DNA of 64,000 bases. It comes from Octopus sinensis. Lineage: Eukaryota. Shown in pieces: positions 12,730 to 25,215 of this stretch. Numbering within the stretch: position 1 is the first letter of the stretch; every line of letters begins with the position of its first letter. Both the position numbers and the translations under genes were made by a program. The notes beneath the pieces were generated by a model that saw only the letters and a program-made list of their open reading frames with translations, did no database searches and was not told where the DNA came from. The stretch covers positions 39,990,001 through 40,054,000 of the forward strand of contig NC_043007.1 of the NCBI RefSeq assembly GCF_006345805.1. Direction: 5' to 3'.

Positions 12730-13672
12730 TGTATACATACGTAAATACACAAATATTAGCAGCAAATTGTAGTATGTGTGTGTGTGTGTGTGTGTTCCTT
12801 CATTTATCGTTCCTTAGGTTTGTCAGGCAAGGCAATTAAAGATATTAAAAATCATCCCTGGGAGCCCTTATTGATGTACAGAGATATGGTGTGCGACTTG
12901 GGAGGGTGGTTAGAGGTGGAGGTGGAGGTAGAGGTGAAGGTGTTGGTGGGGATGGTGATGGTGGAGGGTAGTAGTTGAAACATTGTTATTGTTCTTGGGG
13001 ATGGTAGAGTTAGTGGTAGCGGACGTGGGGTAGTGGTGGCAGTGGTGGTGGTGGTGATGGTGGTGGTGGTGGTGGTTGTGGTTGTAGTGTTCGTGGTGGT
13101 GGTGGTGGTAGTGGTGGTGGTGGTGGTGGTGGTGGTGGTGGTGGTGGTGGTGGTGGTGGGTGTTTGCTATTGTTGTTAGTGGCGGTGGCGGTGATGGCGA
13201 GTATCCGCGATGGTGGCAGCGGCGGCGGCGGTGGTAGCGATGATGGTGGTGGAGTTTATACTGGTGGTAGTGATAATTATTGTAGAAGTGTGGTGTTAGT
13301 AGTCGAAGGTTTTGTGGTATTTTGTTGGTCGTGATGGTGTTGTTGTTATTATTACTCTTGTTGTTGCTACTGGTGTTGTATAACCCAGGGTCAGACTTAC
13401 TTTCACATTGACATCATGTCTCTATCAAGATGAAGGAGAACCAAACTACTCCATCCGACATGTAATGAATTACATACTGGGCAGTTCGGCTGTTTGGACA
13501 TATTGTATTCCTCCTCATATCCTGTATGTAACCCTCGCGTGTTCAGCTGGTCTTTCATTTTTAATACGGGGTGCGGAAGAAAAACCTCTCATAGGTCTTT
13601 CTGGCGCAACTTGTCGCTAGTAAGGTTATGCAGTAGTCAACGTTCCTACTTTTGCTTCTTTAAAAAAATATA

Positions 13673-13925
13673 CCGTAAATCCTCGAGTATAGCACGCACT
13701 TGAGTATAATACGCAGGGGATTTTTAGGGGGCTGTACCTCTGAAAAACCTAAACCTTGTGTATAATACGCAAAATGCGTCTGAATAAACATTGCCGGACA
13801 GCAAATAGAGCTTGAACATTGCTTAGAAAATAATTTTCATTTTTAACCTCGTGTATAATACGCACGAGAGATTTTGACCTTTAAATTTTGGGGGAAAAAT
13901 GCGGATTATACTCGAGGATTTACGG
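13673..13925. mobile_element. Tc1/mariner-superfamily MITE (Tc2/pogo-like CCGTA ends)
   Basis: Perfect 19-bp TIR CCGTAAATCCTCGAGTATA; TA on both sides. Confidence 0.9.
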
Positions 13926-14606
13926 TAATTAGCAACAGAAGATACGGAGAAGTAAAATTTATCCTCACTTAGAACAACTATACTGCAATAGATGCCATGA
14001 GAGAGACTCTCATATTGGCTTTTTGCAAGCAGGAGGAAAAATTCCCGCCAAGTCCAGGGCCGAGACCACCAGATCTCGTGATTTTGACCTTCGTTGGTCT
14101 TATCAATGATGGACGCTCCACCACTAGAGATAGCAATGACTCATCTCCCTACCAGTGATGTATAGAAAAAACAGCGAGAGAAAAGGCATCGATGTCGCGA
14201 TTAGCCAGTGATCTTAGTAAAACATACATTTAAGGAACAGAGACAGTATTAGTACCGAGAGGTAACATGTATACCCACTTGAACATAGATGTACTATTAG
14301 AACAAACTATACTGCGGTAGATTTCATGAGAGAAACTCTAATGCTGACGTTTTTGCTTGTTTATCTTTAATTTTTTTTCTTTTACTTGCTGGGGTACCTC
14401 GAAAAACATTTAGTCGAATGAATAAACCCCACTATTTGTTTATTTACTTATCTATTTCAAGCTTGGTACCAGATTCTGTCGGTCACTTTTGCTGAACCGT
14501 CATGCATACATACATATATAATACATGTATACATACATACGCACAAGCACATATATATGTATTTAAGCATATATATATATGTGTGTGTGTGTATGTGTGT
14601 AGTATA

Positions 14607-14819
14607 CGAGAAGTGCTGAAAAGTTCCTGGCTTGGGGTAAAAGAAAATAAAGGAGGATCAGTGAATTATGATTTTATTCAAAATATTCCCCTCTCAGACT
14701 CACACACTTATTGCACCGGTCCCTCAGTTTTTCAAAGCTATGCAAAAGAACCCAGAAGTTTGGGCCTCCAGCCAGGCCTTAGGCGAGACCCTTAAAGCCA
14801 GGAACTTTTTAGCACCTCG
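14607..14819. mobile_element. Mariner-type MITE
   Basis: TIRs CGAG(A)AGTGCTGAAAAGTTCCTGGCTT / AAGCCAGGAACTTTTTAGCACCTCG, TA TSD; second copy at 57716-57931. Confidence 0.85.
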
Positions 14820-14844
14820 TATATATGTATGTATTTGTATAAAC

Positions 14845-15009
14845 AGCGTGGTTGTCTGCGAAAAAGCTTGCTTCCCAACGGCATGGTTCCGGGTTCAATC
14901 CCACTGCGTGGCACCTTGGGCAAGTGTCTTCTACTATAGCTTTCAGCCAACCAAAGCCTTAAGTGAATTTGGTAGTAGGAAACTGAAAGAAGCCCTTCGT
15001 ATATATATA

Positions 15010-15040
<31 letters not shown>

Positions 15041-15275
15041 AAGCATGTGTGTATGTATCTACGTGTATGCGTGTTTCTTTTGTGCTTTCCCCTACCACCG
15101 CTTGACAACCGACGTTTGTAGGTTTACGTCCTCGTAAGCAGTGATTCGGCAAAAGAGATCGATAGAATTAGTACTACGCTTTAAGAAAGTCCTGGGATCG
15201 ATTCGTTCGAGTAAGATCCTTGAAAGCGGTGCCCCAGTATGGCCGCAGTCGAATGATTGAAACAAGTAAAAGATA
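14845..15275 (+). mobile_element. SINE family A
   Basis: Head, internal (TG)n, body and tail present. Confidence 0.8.
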
Positions 15276-15315
15276 AAACATACAAACATACATACACACA
15301 TAATACATACATACA

Positions 15316-15346
<31 letters not shown>

Positions 15347-16614
15347 CATACACTCACACATACACACATACATACATACACACACATACATACATACGTA
15401 CATACATACATACACACACACACTCACACATACACGCATACATACACACACATATACATACGTACATACATACAGACATACATACAGACATACATACATA
15501 CAAATATACATACATATATATATATATATATACATTCCTACATACATACATACATATATACATACATACATTCATACATACATATATACATACATATATA
15601 CATAAATACATACATACATACATATATACATACATATATATATATACATTCCTACATACACACATACATACATACATACATTCCTACATACATACATACG
15701 TACATACAAACATACACACATACATACATATATATACATACATATATACATATATACATGCACACGCAAATACATACATACATATACATTCCTACATACA
15801 TACTACATACATACATACATACATACATACATAGTGTTCATCACCAACGCTTTATATTTCACACATAAACCTCACTGCTGCAGTGACCACCAGCTTACGA
15901 GGACGAAGAACGAAGATAAAGATACATAAAACCAAACTGCTGCAATGATTTTTACATCAGTTTTATACATTTTTTATCTTTGTATCAGAGGAGAAAAAAA
16001 AATAATAATAAAATCAGGAAAAAAATACATAATAACAATATTAACAATGCCGGCGCTTTCTCGATTTGGCCACAGCCCAATGGCTGAAACTAGTACAAAA
16101 GTAACAGAAGATGACAAAACTACTGCATTGTTTGTGTAGCAGCAAGGCAATTAACGTCCAATGTTTACCAACAGGCAGAAGATACAGGCAGTGCTGTTTA
16201 CCAAACATTAACAGAAGTAACTGAAACTACATTCCGATCACTCGAATCTGATGTGCCGTGTGTATATATTATCCGTTAAGCTATCAATAGCCAATGCTGT
16301 CAAGAAGATAACACCACTATTGCTATCAACTGCTAAATAATTATCAATTTATTTTCTAATTAATTTTTATCGATCGCAGAACCACTTCGGGGAATTCGTT
16401 TCTCCCCTCCCCCATCTCTCTTTCAGTCTTTCTTTCTTACTCTCTCTCACTCTCAATCATTCTCTCTCATTATATCTTCCTCTCCCTGTCACTCTCTCTT
16501 CTTTGTCTCTTTATTTTTTGTGTGTATGTTTCCTATGTTGTTTTTGTGTACTATATCGACTAACTTCGATCTACCCGTGCTCCAATATGTATCAGCATTG
16601 ATCTATGTACCTGT

Positions 16615-16678
16615 CTGTTTGACTGACAGTCTGTTTGACTGACAGTCTGTTTGACTGACAGTCTGTTTGACTGACAGT
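16615..16678. repeat. 16-bp unit CTGTTTGACTGACAGT x4
   Basis: Four perfect tandem copies. Confidence 0.95.
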
Positions 16679-16824
16679 CTGTCTCGCTTTTAGGTTGTCT
16701 GTCTGTCTGTCTCTGTCTGTCCCTGTCGCTCTCTCTTTTCCTCACTTTCTCTCTCATTCCCATTTTCTCCCACTGGATGACTGTCTACTTTGTATATCTA
16801 TCAGACTATTTGACGATCGGTCGA

Positions 16825-16869
<45 letters not shown>

Positions 16870-16891
16870 TATATAATATAATATATATATA

Positions 16892-16934
<43 letters not shown>

Positions 16935-17731
16935 TGCGGTGGGTAAATTGTCGCTATTTTATAGTTTTAATTTCGCGCATGCACATTGTGTTTTTCTGAT
17001 TTTGTCGACTACACAGAATTGTAGGGTCACCTGGGCACCGTCTGTGAGAAAAACAGCACCATGACGCAATTCACTCCACCAGAAATTTGGAAACGACATG
17101 CTGTGCTGCTTGGCATTCGTGCTGGAAGCACCAATTTTAGAGTGTTTGGTTGTCAATCTGAGGACAGTGCATCTTGAGAACATATACCGCGAGTGATGAA
17201 AATCAATACCATGGCGTTTGGAGTGATTACTAATGATGGCGACGTTATGCCTCTATTCATCTTCCTACACGACCTCAAACTCAACATGGAGGCTTACATC
17301 ACGTGCCAGGAAGAGGTAGTGCTGCCCTGTATCAAGAGGGTCACTGCAGGAAGACCTATGCCTGGCAATAGGACGCTGTCCCATGCCACACAAGCAAGAG
17401 AATCCAGTTATGGCAGTCAGGCAATTTCTGCGACCACATCACCCCTAACATCTGGTCACCTGACACCTCAGACTGCTAGCCCCTCGATTATTATGTGTGG
17501 GGCACAGTTGAGCGAGATACTAAGAAAACTCCTTCTAACACCAAAGATAAACTGAAGGCAAGGATTATGGTAGCATTCACCAACTTAAACTAGAAGACCG
17601 TCCAGAAGAGTTGCAGGAGATTCCGAAGTCATCTGGAGACCGTGATTGAAGCCAATGGCGATTTTATTGAATAAATTTATTCTTTAGAATTTCAAGATAT
17701 TTTTCTGTGATTTAGGCGACAGTTTATTCAC

Positions 17732-17735
<4 letters not shown>
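16935..17735 (+). mobile_element. Internally deleted DD37D (maT) transposon with a transposase pseudogene
   Basis: TIRs TGCGGTGGGTAAATTGTCGC / GCGACAGTTTATTCACCGCA; frameshifted W-Q-x-D...PLDYYVWG...VIEANGDFIE with 37 residues between the 2nd and 3rd Asp. Confidence 0.85.
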
Positions 17736-17775
<40 letters not shown>

Positions 17776-18048
17776 GTTTTATCTTATATATATATATCTG
17801 TGTATCTATTTGCCTACCTACCTTCCTTCATAACTAATTATGTATCTACCTATCCACCAACCTATCTGTATATTTATCTTTGCATCTATTTCGCTCACTC
17901 ACTTTCTCCCACTCTCTCTTTCTCTCTCTCTCACTTTCTCTCTCTCTCTCTCTCTCAGTATATATATATACATATATGTATATAGAGAGTGAGAGAGCGA
18001 GGGGAAGGGAGAGAGAAAGAGAGACAGAGTGTGTGTAGTTGTAGCAGT

Positions 18049-18147
<99 letters not shown>

Positions 18148-18202
18148 CGTCACGATTAGAACACCCACTATCACTACTATTACTATTGGCATTACTGTTA
18201 CC

Positions 18203-18425
18203 TATTTCTTTATTACCCACATAGAGGGGACAAACAAGGACAGACATAGGTATTAAGTCGATTACGTCGACCCCAGTGCATAACTGGTACTTTAATTTAT
18301 CGACCCCGAAAGGATGAAAGGCAAAGTCGACCTCGGCGGAATTTGAACTCAGAACGTAACGGCAGACGCAATACCGCAAAGCATTTCGCCCGGCGTGCTA
18401 ACGTTTCTGCCAGCTCGCCGCCTTT
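18203..18425 (-). mobile_element. SINE family B with a 17-bp TSD
   Basis: TTGGCATTACTGTTACC at 18186-18202 and 18426-18442. Confidence 0.92.
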
Positions 18426-18585
18426 TTGGCATTACTGTTACCACTGCTACACCACCATTCCACGAGGTATCGCATCAACTGAGACACACACACACACACA
18501 CACCACACACACACACACACACACACTCACATTCACACATCCACACATATATGTATATGCATACATACATACATACATACATACA

Positions 18586-18621
<36 letters not shown>

Positions 18622-19279
18622 CATATATTTATATACATACAGGCACAACCGTATATATAAATATATATATGTATGTATATACATATTTATCTTTTTATTT
18701 ATACATAGACATGTGTATATATATATATATGGATATAAATAAACAGATAGATTTGTATGTATCTGTATCTCTCTGTCTCCCTTATGTGTACATATATATA
18801 TATATATTTATATATATATATATTCGGCCATACTGCGTTTCGCCATCATGAGGTCCCACCATTTCTCGCAACCCACCCTTGCCCAAGACAATGTCCTTAC
18901 AACGAGAAAAACGCTACATAACAACCGGCGCAATTCAAATTTCCGTTCTCCTAGTAACTGGCCCTTATCAAATAAAGCATAAACACCCTCACCCCTCCCC
19001 CTCATCTAACCCAACTCCCTAATCACTGTCTCTTTACCAACCCAGTAAAACATCATTACCACACTAAGCCGCCCCTCTACTCCAGCGCCACCGACGTAGC
19101 TATGCCAAGCTCCCAATACAAACCACCGCCTTCGCTACCACAGCCTGCGGCTCTAAATAAAAGTTGTAAAAATAATGAATATTATTAGGGGATGGTAAAA
19201 TCCCGATATTTACGGACGCTGGGGTCAAATGCTGACACAGACAGTTTTAGAGTGTTCCGTAAAAAGTTCTGGGACTCAC

Positions 19280-19339
19280 CAAGTGCCTGCCTATCCATCC
19301 CTGCAAACACGCAGTTCTGCAGCTTAGATTTCGTAGACT
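19280..19339 (-). CDS. Candidate 60-nt symmetric exon on the minus strand, unknown gene
   Basis: ttgacactttcacttccatttgcaatag acceptor and TTG|gtgagt donor; two open frames. Confidence 0.25.
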
Positions 19340-19567
19340 CTATTGCAAATGGAAGTGAAAGTGTCAATTTGTAATAAGTATGTGTGTATGTGTGTGTGTG
19401 TGAGTGAGTGTGTGTGTGTGTGTACGTGTGTGTGTGTGTGTGTACATGTATGCCTGTATGTGTGTATGTTCAATGCATTTACATGGTCATATCGCACACT
19501 ATTTACACACATACATATACAATTCATATATATAGGGCTCAAAAGCTGTCACGATTACGATTTACGG

Positions 19568-19653
<86 letters not shown>

Positions 19654-19765
19654 CTATTATATATATTCTGTATATATATATATATATGTATACCTGTAAA
19701 TTCTAATATATTTATGTATATGATAGATACTTATGATATCGATGATAGATAGATAGATAGATGAT

Positions 19766-19819
<54 letters not shown>

Positions 19820-19986
19820 GATAGATAGATAGATAGATAGATAGATCTGCAGCAAGATCAGCAGCAAAATATTCGGAGGCGAATATTCATAAGATAGTAT
19901 TGCTATTATTATCGAAGGCAATATAATTAGGTGCTCGCAGGCCTTAGAAATCGAGAAATTGCATTATATAGCTAAAGGATTCAAAT

Positions 19987-20636
19987 TATATTAATCATAA
20001 GGACACATCAAAGAGTCAGACCCCTTATTTGGACTACCAAAAAATTTACATTGAAAACAGATTCAATGGTATGCTATCAGATCGAAAAAATCTCTCACAT
20101 ACCAATATAGCGTAAAGCTATATAATTAATGGTACAGGTATGTATGTGGACCGGTTTCTGGTTTGATACAATGATCTTACCTTCCTCAGCACATCTTAAC
20201 CCTTTGACATACTATCCGAATCTGCCACGTTGAAATATGCTGGCGTTCTTAATTTCTTAGCGCCAAAATGCGGACAGATGTGAGGTTGTAAATATTCACT
20301 TCCAAATATTTTGCACCTGATTAGTACTTTTCACACTGAGGCTGTCCTCATTTTGGCGCTATGGAATTAAGGACGCCAGCAGATTTTAACATGACAGATT
20401 CGGGTAGTGTTTCAAAGGGTTAAGATGTGCTGGGGAAACTGAAACTGGATCACATATATACCTGTACCATTAAATATATAGCTTTATGCTTTATTGCTAT
20501 GTGAGAGATGTCTTCAATCTGCTAGTATACTACCGTTGAATCTGTTGTTTCAGTGTAAATTTTTTGGTGGTCCAAATAAGGGTTTGACTCTTATTTCTGG
20601 CGGGTAGACACTTTAATGCGTCCTTATGATTTATAT
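19987..20636. mobile_element. Foldback/palindromic element with arms of about 200 bp
   Basis: 19987-20195 is an imperfect inverted copy of 20424-20636. Confidence 0.8.
20200..20419. mobile_element. piggyBac-like MITE
   Basis: TTAA|CCCTTTGA...TCAAAGGG|TTAA; imperfect TIRs of about 78 bp. Confidence 0.8.
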
Positions 20637-20643
20637 ATATATA

Positions 20644-20708
<65 letters not shown>

Positions 20709-20967
20709 AAAATCTTTATAAGACTTGTAAATTTAATGAAATCATATGATCTGCAGCTGAATGTTTTTTTAAAAGGCTCGCTTCGAGAGTTGCATTCCCT
20801 CGCGTTCGGTACAATGTATTTATTATGGTAGTTTTGACTTTAAGTATATATATATGTATGTATATCCTCTGCCTCTGTGTGTGCGCCGTGTGTATAATTT
20901 ACATACATAACTTATACATGCATTCTTACATTCATATATATATATGATATATATATATATATGTGTT

Positions 20968-21043
<76 letters not shown>

Positions 21044-21869
21044 AACACACATATTTATGTACATATTAATGTAAGCATACATACATATATACACACACAC
21101 ACACACATACACACATTCCACTTAGTGAATAATCCTTGTATGTATCCTTTCTTTCGGTTGTCTGTGCATCTCTGCATGCATGCATGTATATATGTATGTA
21201 TGCATGTATGCATGTATGTATGTGTATGTTGTCGTTTATAGTGTTGACAATGATTCGAAACTAGTATCTTCATATTATCTTAAAATACCTCAAACTTTCA
21301 TATTCTACAGCATATATCTTTCATATAGTACAGTATATATATATAGCTTATTTCTTCGTATTCGTGACTTCCGTATTTATACTTTACTTTGTATTATTTC
21401 ATTTTCCATCTTTTATTTATTTTTTTTATATTGTGGTATCTAACCCTCTCTAACCTCTTTTTGCCAGAGTTCTAACTTTCTCAACACACTTATAACAGTT
21501 ACAATAACATAAAGAACACACAGCACAACTCATAATCTAGCGTTTCAAAAATATATACTTCTCGAATAGTTAAGTTCTTGTGTAATCAATGGTTTAACAA
21601 GTCTATGCTGAATTCGTACATTTTAACATTCACCAATGTAAATAATTTAGTCTTGCGTTTAAATCTTGTACTTTTGCATTTCCAGTGGTGAGCTGGCTGA
21701 ATGGTTAGCACGCCGGGCAAAATACTACACAGCTTATTGACAGTTTTTATGTTTTGAGTTCAAATTCTGCCCAAGTTGACTTCGCTTTTCGTCCTTGCGG
21801 AGTCAGTAAAATAAATACCATTCAAAAACTGAGGTTGATGTAATCGACTTTCAATCCACTCCACACTTT

Positions 21870-22627
21870 TGTTCATCATTCAGCTTGATCTGAAGCACAG
21901 GAGTTTCTGTGTCCTCAGGATCCATTGCAAGTGACTTCATGGTAGTCCTTATGCCGTCTTTAATCCTGTCTTTAGGTTTACACCGATAGCCTTTCCCCTC
22001 TGCAAGCTTGCCATAAAACAGCTGTTTGGGTGTGCGTTCATCTGCCAATAGAACAATATGGCCAGACCATCTCATTTAGTTTTCAGAATCATTGCTTCAA
22101 TTGAAATGATGCCTACAGATGCAAGAACATCTGTATTGGAATAAAAGAACTCCATTTAATGTTTAAAATGCGATAAAGGCATTTTTGGTGGAATTGTTCC
22201 AACAATTTGAAATGTCGCTTATAACATGTCCATATTTCAGAAGAATACAACAGGGATGGTAAGACAAACGATTTGTAAAGAGCCAATTTATGTTGTTACT
22301 TACATGTCATTGGTGCCAAACACGTGACTCCAAACCACCAAATGATGCGCTACCTTGAATTCGCAGATGTATTTCTGTGTCCAGATTTCTATCATTTTGT
22401 ACAGAGCTTTCAAGGTAAGTGAAAGAATCAACAACTTCAAGTAACTTGCCCTTAACAAAAATTTTAGTGGGGTTGCAAACAGCACCACATGCAGGTTGAT
22501 ACATTACAACTGTTTATTTCAAGTTGATGGTCAAGCCCAAATCATCACGAGCTGAGACAAATGCAGATATAAGAGATTGCAGACCTGTTTCAGAGTGACT
22601 GACTAGATCGCAATCGTCATAGCATAA
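21870..22627 (-). mobile_element. RTE-clade LINE reverse transcriptase pseudogene, YADD motif to C-terminus
   Basis: TATGCT[AT]GACGAT (YADD with a 2-bp insertion); LEVVDSFTYLES...DTEIHLRI; RWSGHIV...RTPKQLFYGKL. Confidence 0.9.
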
Positions 22628-22679
22628 TGGGTGAAGTAAAAACCTTCGTTTCGAATTTCAGTCTGGTCAGATTTAAAAC

Positions 22680-23006
22680 ACACCCTGTTGTTCGATATAT
22701 CTTAAATATATTAATTTGTTACTGTTGGAGAACTGAGAAAGTGCCTCAAGACTGGATTGATGCCACTTTAGTCTCCTTGTATAAATCGGGGCCAAAAGAA
22801 AGGATCTGTGTGGTAATTTTCTTGGGATTCCGCTTTTGTCTGTGGTTTGTCTGTGGTTTAATTTAAATTTTACCAGGTCTTGTAAGATACACTTTGCCAT
22901 GTTTTCTTCTCTTTCACACTAACATTCTGTTAGAACGTTTAAATACCTTCTTAGTTCCAAATATGGCGTCTGAGTCTCAATGTGGCTTTTGCTCCTCCAG
23001 GAGGCG
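22680..23006 (+). mobile_element. RTE-clade LINE RT N-terminal fragment, inverted relative to the 3' part
   Basis: CWRTEKVPQDWIDATLVSLYKSG...GNFLGIPLLSVV...ILLERLN...ESQCGF. Confidence 0.85.
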
Positions 23007-23033
23007 AATATATATATATATATATATATATAT

Positions 23034-23238
23034 TACCAATTAAGGACTGAACACGAAAAGTGGACAGTCAACATGCTAGATATAGACGTCAAATCGCCAT
23101 TCACCACAAAAGATTATGTTCTCAGATCAAACTCAGCTGAGTTGATCTGAGAACATAATCTTTTGTGGTGAATGGCGATTTGACGTCTATATCTAGCATG
23201 TTGACTGTCCACTTTTCGTGTTCAGTCCTTAATTGGTA
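23034..23238. repeat. Near-perfect 205-bp loopless palindrome; part of a PLE-type repeat extending to about 23325
   Basis: Arms differ by a single A; centre CAG|CTG at 23136/23137; homologous to 8890-9065. Confidence 0.95.
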
Positions 23239-23583
23239 TATATAAATTTTAATCTTCGGATTCTTTTTTAATATGCTAGACCACTGGTCTTAATTGATAA
23301 ATATCAATTTCTACCCTTAATTAATTTTATATATATATATATATATATAATGCTTGTTGTGTGGTGTGTGTGTGTGTGTGTGTGTGGTGCGTGGAGGGGG
23401 GTCGTAGGTGTGAGATTGTGGGTGGGTATGAATTTGTATGAGTGTACATTCATATATACATATACAAGTGCGCTGATATAAGCCACAACCAACAACTGAT
23501 GGTGAGTAAAAGTCCCTTCATGCCACCGTCAAAATGATTACTCTTGTGTCAAAATACGAACTTATTATTATTATTGTGGCTGC

Positions 23584-23643
<60 letters not shown>

Positions 23644-24452
23644 CTCGGGCATATTTTTTTTTCGAAGCTTTTTTTTTTCATCCTCCTAATAACGCGCAAT
23701 ATATTCATCGCTGCAAAAACTCAGCTCAGTGAACATTTTAAGTTAATCGACTTTACACACGTATGTAATCAATACAAAAAACAAAAAGCCTCTGCGCATA
23801 CACACACACACACACACACATACAGATATACACACATACACAAACATACACATGAGCATTCACGAACGCTCTTAGCCACAAGCACACACAGGAATAGTAA
23901 ATTTAGTTTCCACTTCTAATAGGTTTTTGTGTTGTAGTTTAGGTTTTTTTTCAAGCTTTCAACTTAGATTTCTACAAAATGTTATACTTCTCTGAAAGTG
24001 CATAGTGAAGCGCCTAGATAAACAAGTAGATGTCTGTCTATCTAATGTAATAAAACCGCGGGGACAGAGACAGACTGAAGAAAGTGGAATGCATTTATTT
24101 GTTCTATGCTCGACACGCTACATTTCAGTGAACCGAAATGCACTGGCATATGGTAATCTCATTGAAATTTCTCGAAAAATCTGTCGGTTATTTACTGCTG
24201 TACACACAGAGGCTGTCGTATTTACTTAGCCACACACGCAAACAGACAGAGACACACAAACATGTGCGCACACTTGAAACTTGGACGCATGGAGTGTATC
24301 GATGATTTTTGCTGGAAAGGGAATGAGGAAGAGAGAAATATACAGAATTTAGGGGTAGAAAGATACTGAAAAATAGAAGGAGAGAAGGAGGAAGGCAGGG
24401 AGGGGGAGAGAAGAGGCAGACAGACAGGCAGGCAGGCTGACTGACAGGTAGC

Positions 24453-24501
<49 letters not shown>

Positions 24502-24565
24502 GGATGGATGGATGGATGGATGGATGGATGGATGGATGGATGGATGGATGGATGGATGGATAGAC

Positions 24566-24612
<47 letters not shown>

Positions 24613-25001
24613 GATAGATAGATAGATAGAGACAGAATGACAGACAGACAGACAGAAAGGTGGGTTAGATTAATGTCTAAAAAGAGACACTGAGAGACAA
24701 TGAGACACAAATGGACATTTGGAAAACTCAAGGCAAATAGTCCAATAAAAAACATGGATATTACTACAGAAATAAGTGCGAGTGTGTGCGCGCGTGTGTG
24801 TGTGTGTGTTGTGTGTGTGTGTGTGTGTATCTTGTGAGTATTTGTGTTAGTGTGTTTATGTCTTATGTCGCGCATATGTGTCTTCTAAGTGAGTACGTTT
24901 GTGAATTTGTCTGTTCGTGTTTAACATGAGGTCAGCTTTGAAGAAATTTTTCTATGATCAAATACATTCCGACCATAAGCATCCATTTTTTTTTTTTTCA
25001 G

Positions 25002-25215
25002 ACACTGTGTTTTTCCTCGTATACAAAACCCAACGTGTCATATCGTTACTAAGGCCGTTGTGTCACCTAACGAAGATTCGGTTGCTATATCTACCATACC
25101 CAGTATCAAACCCTACGCCAGTGATCTTCGACTTTCTTCAGTCCGCAACACCCTGTATAAAGAATTAAAAGTGTTATGGCAGACTATCAGATTTTTCAAA
25201 TGTTTTCTTATGTAA
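25002..25215 (+). CDS. Candidate terminal coding exon (HCVFPRIQNP...IRFFKCFLM*), unknown protein
   Basis: (T)13-cag acceptor; phase 2 matches exon 10138; 70 open codons; AATAAA at 25467 and 25504. Confidence 0.35.

Noticed and set aside
13488-13619. FSW...NTGCG...RSF resemblance to the NMDA-receptor pore loop
   Set aside because: NR1 is far more conserved than this and the flanking M1/M3 segments are absent; likely coincidence.
13969-14358. Direct repeats of about 60 bp flanking 270 bp (TRIM/LTR-like)
   Set aside because: Diverged, with no TG...CA ends, PBS, PPT or TSD.
16615-16678. CRISPR-like array
   Set aside because: No spacers, eukaryotic context, no cas genes.
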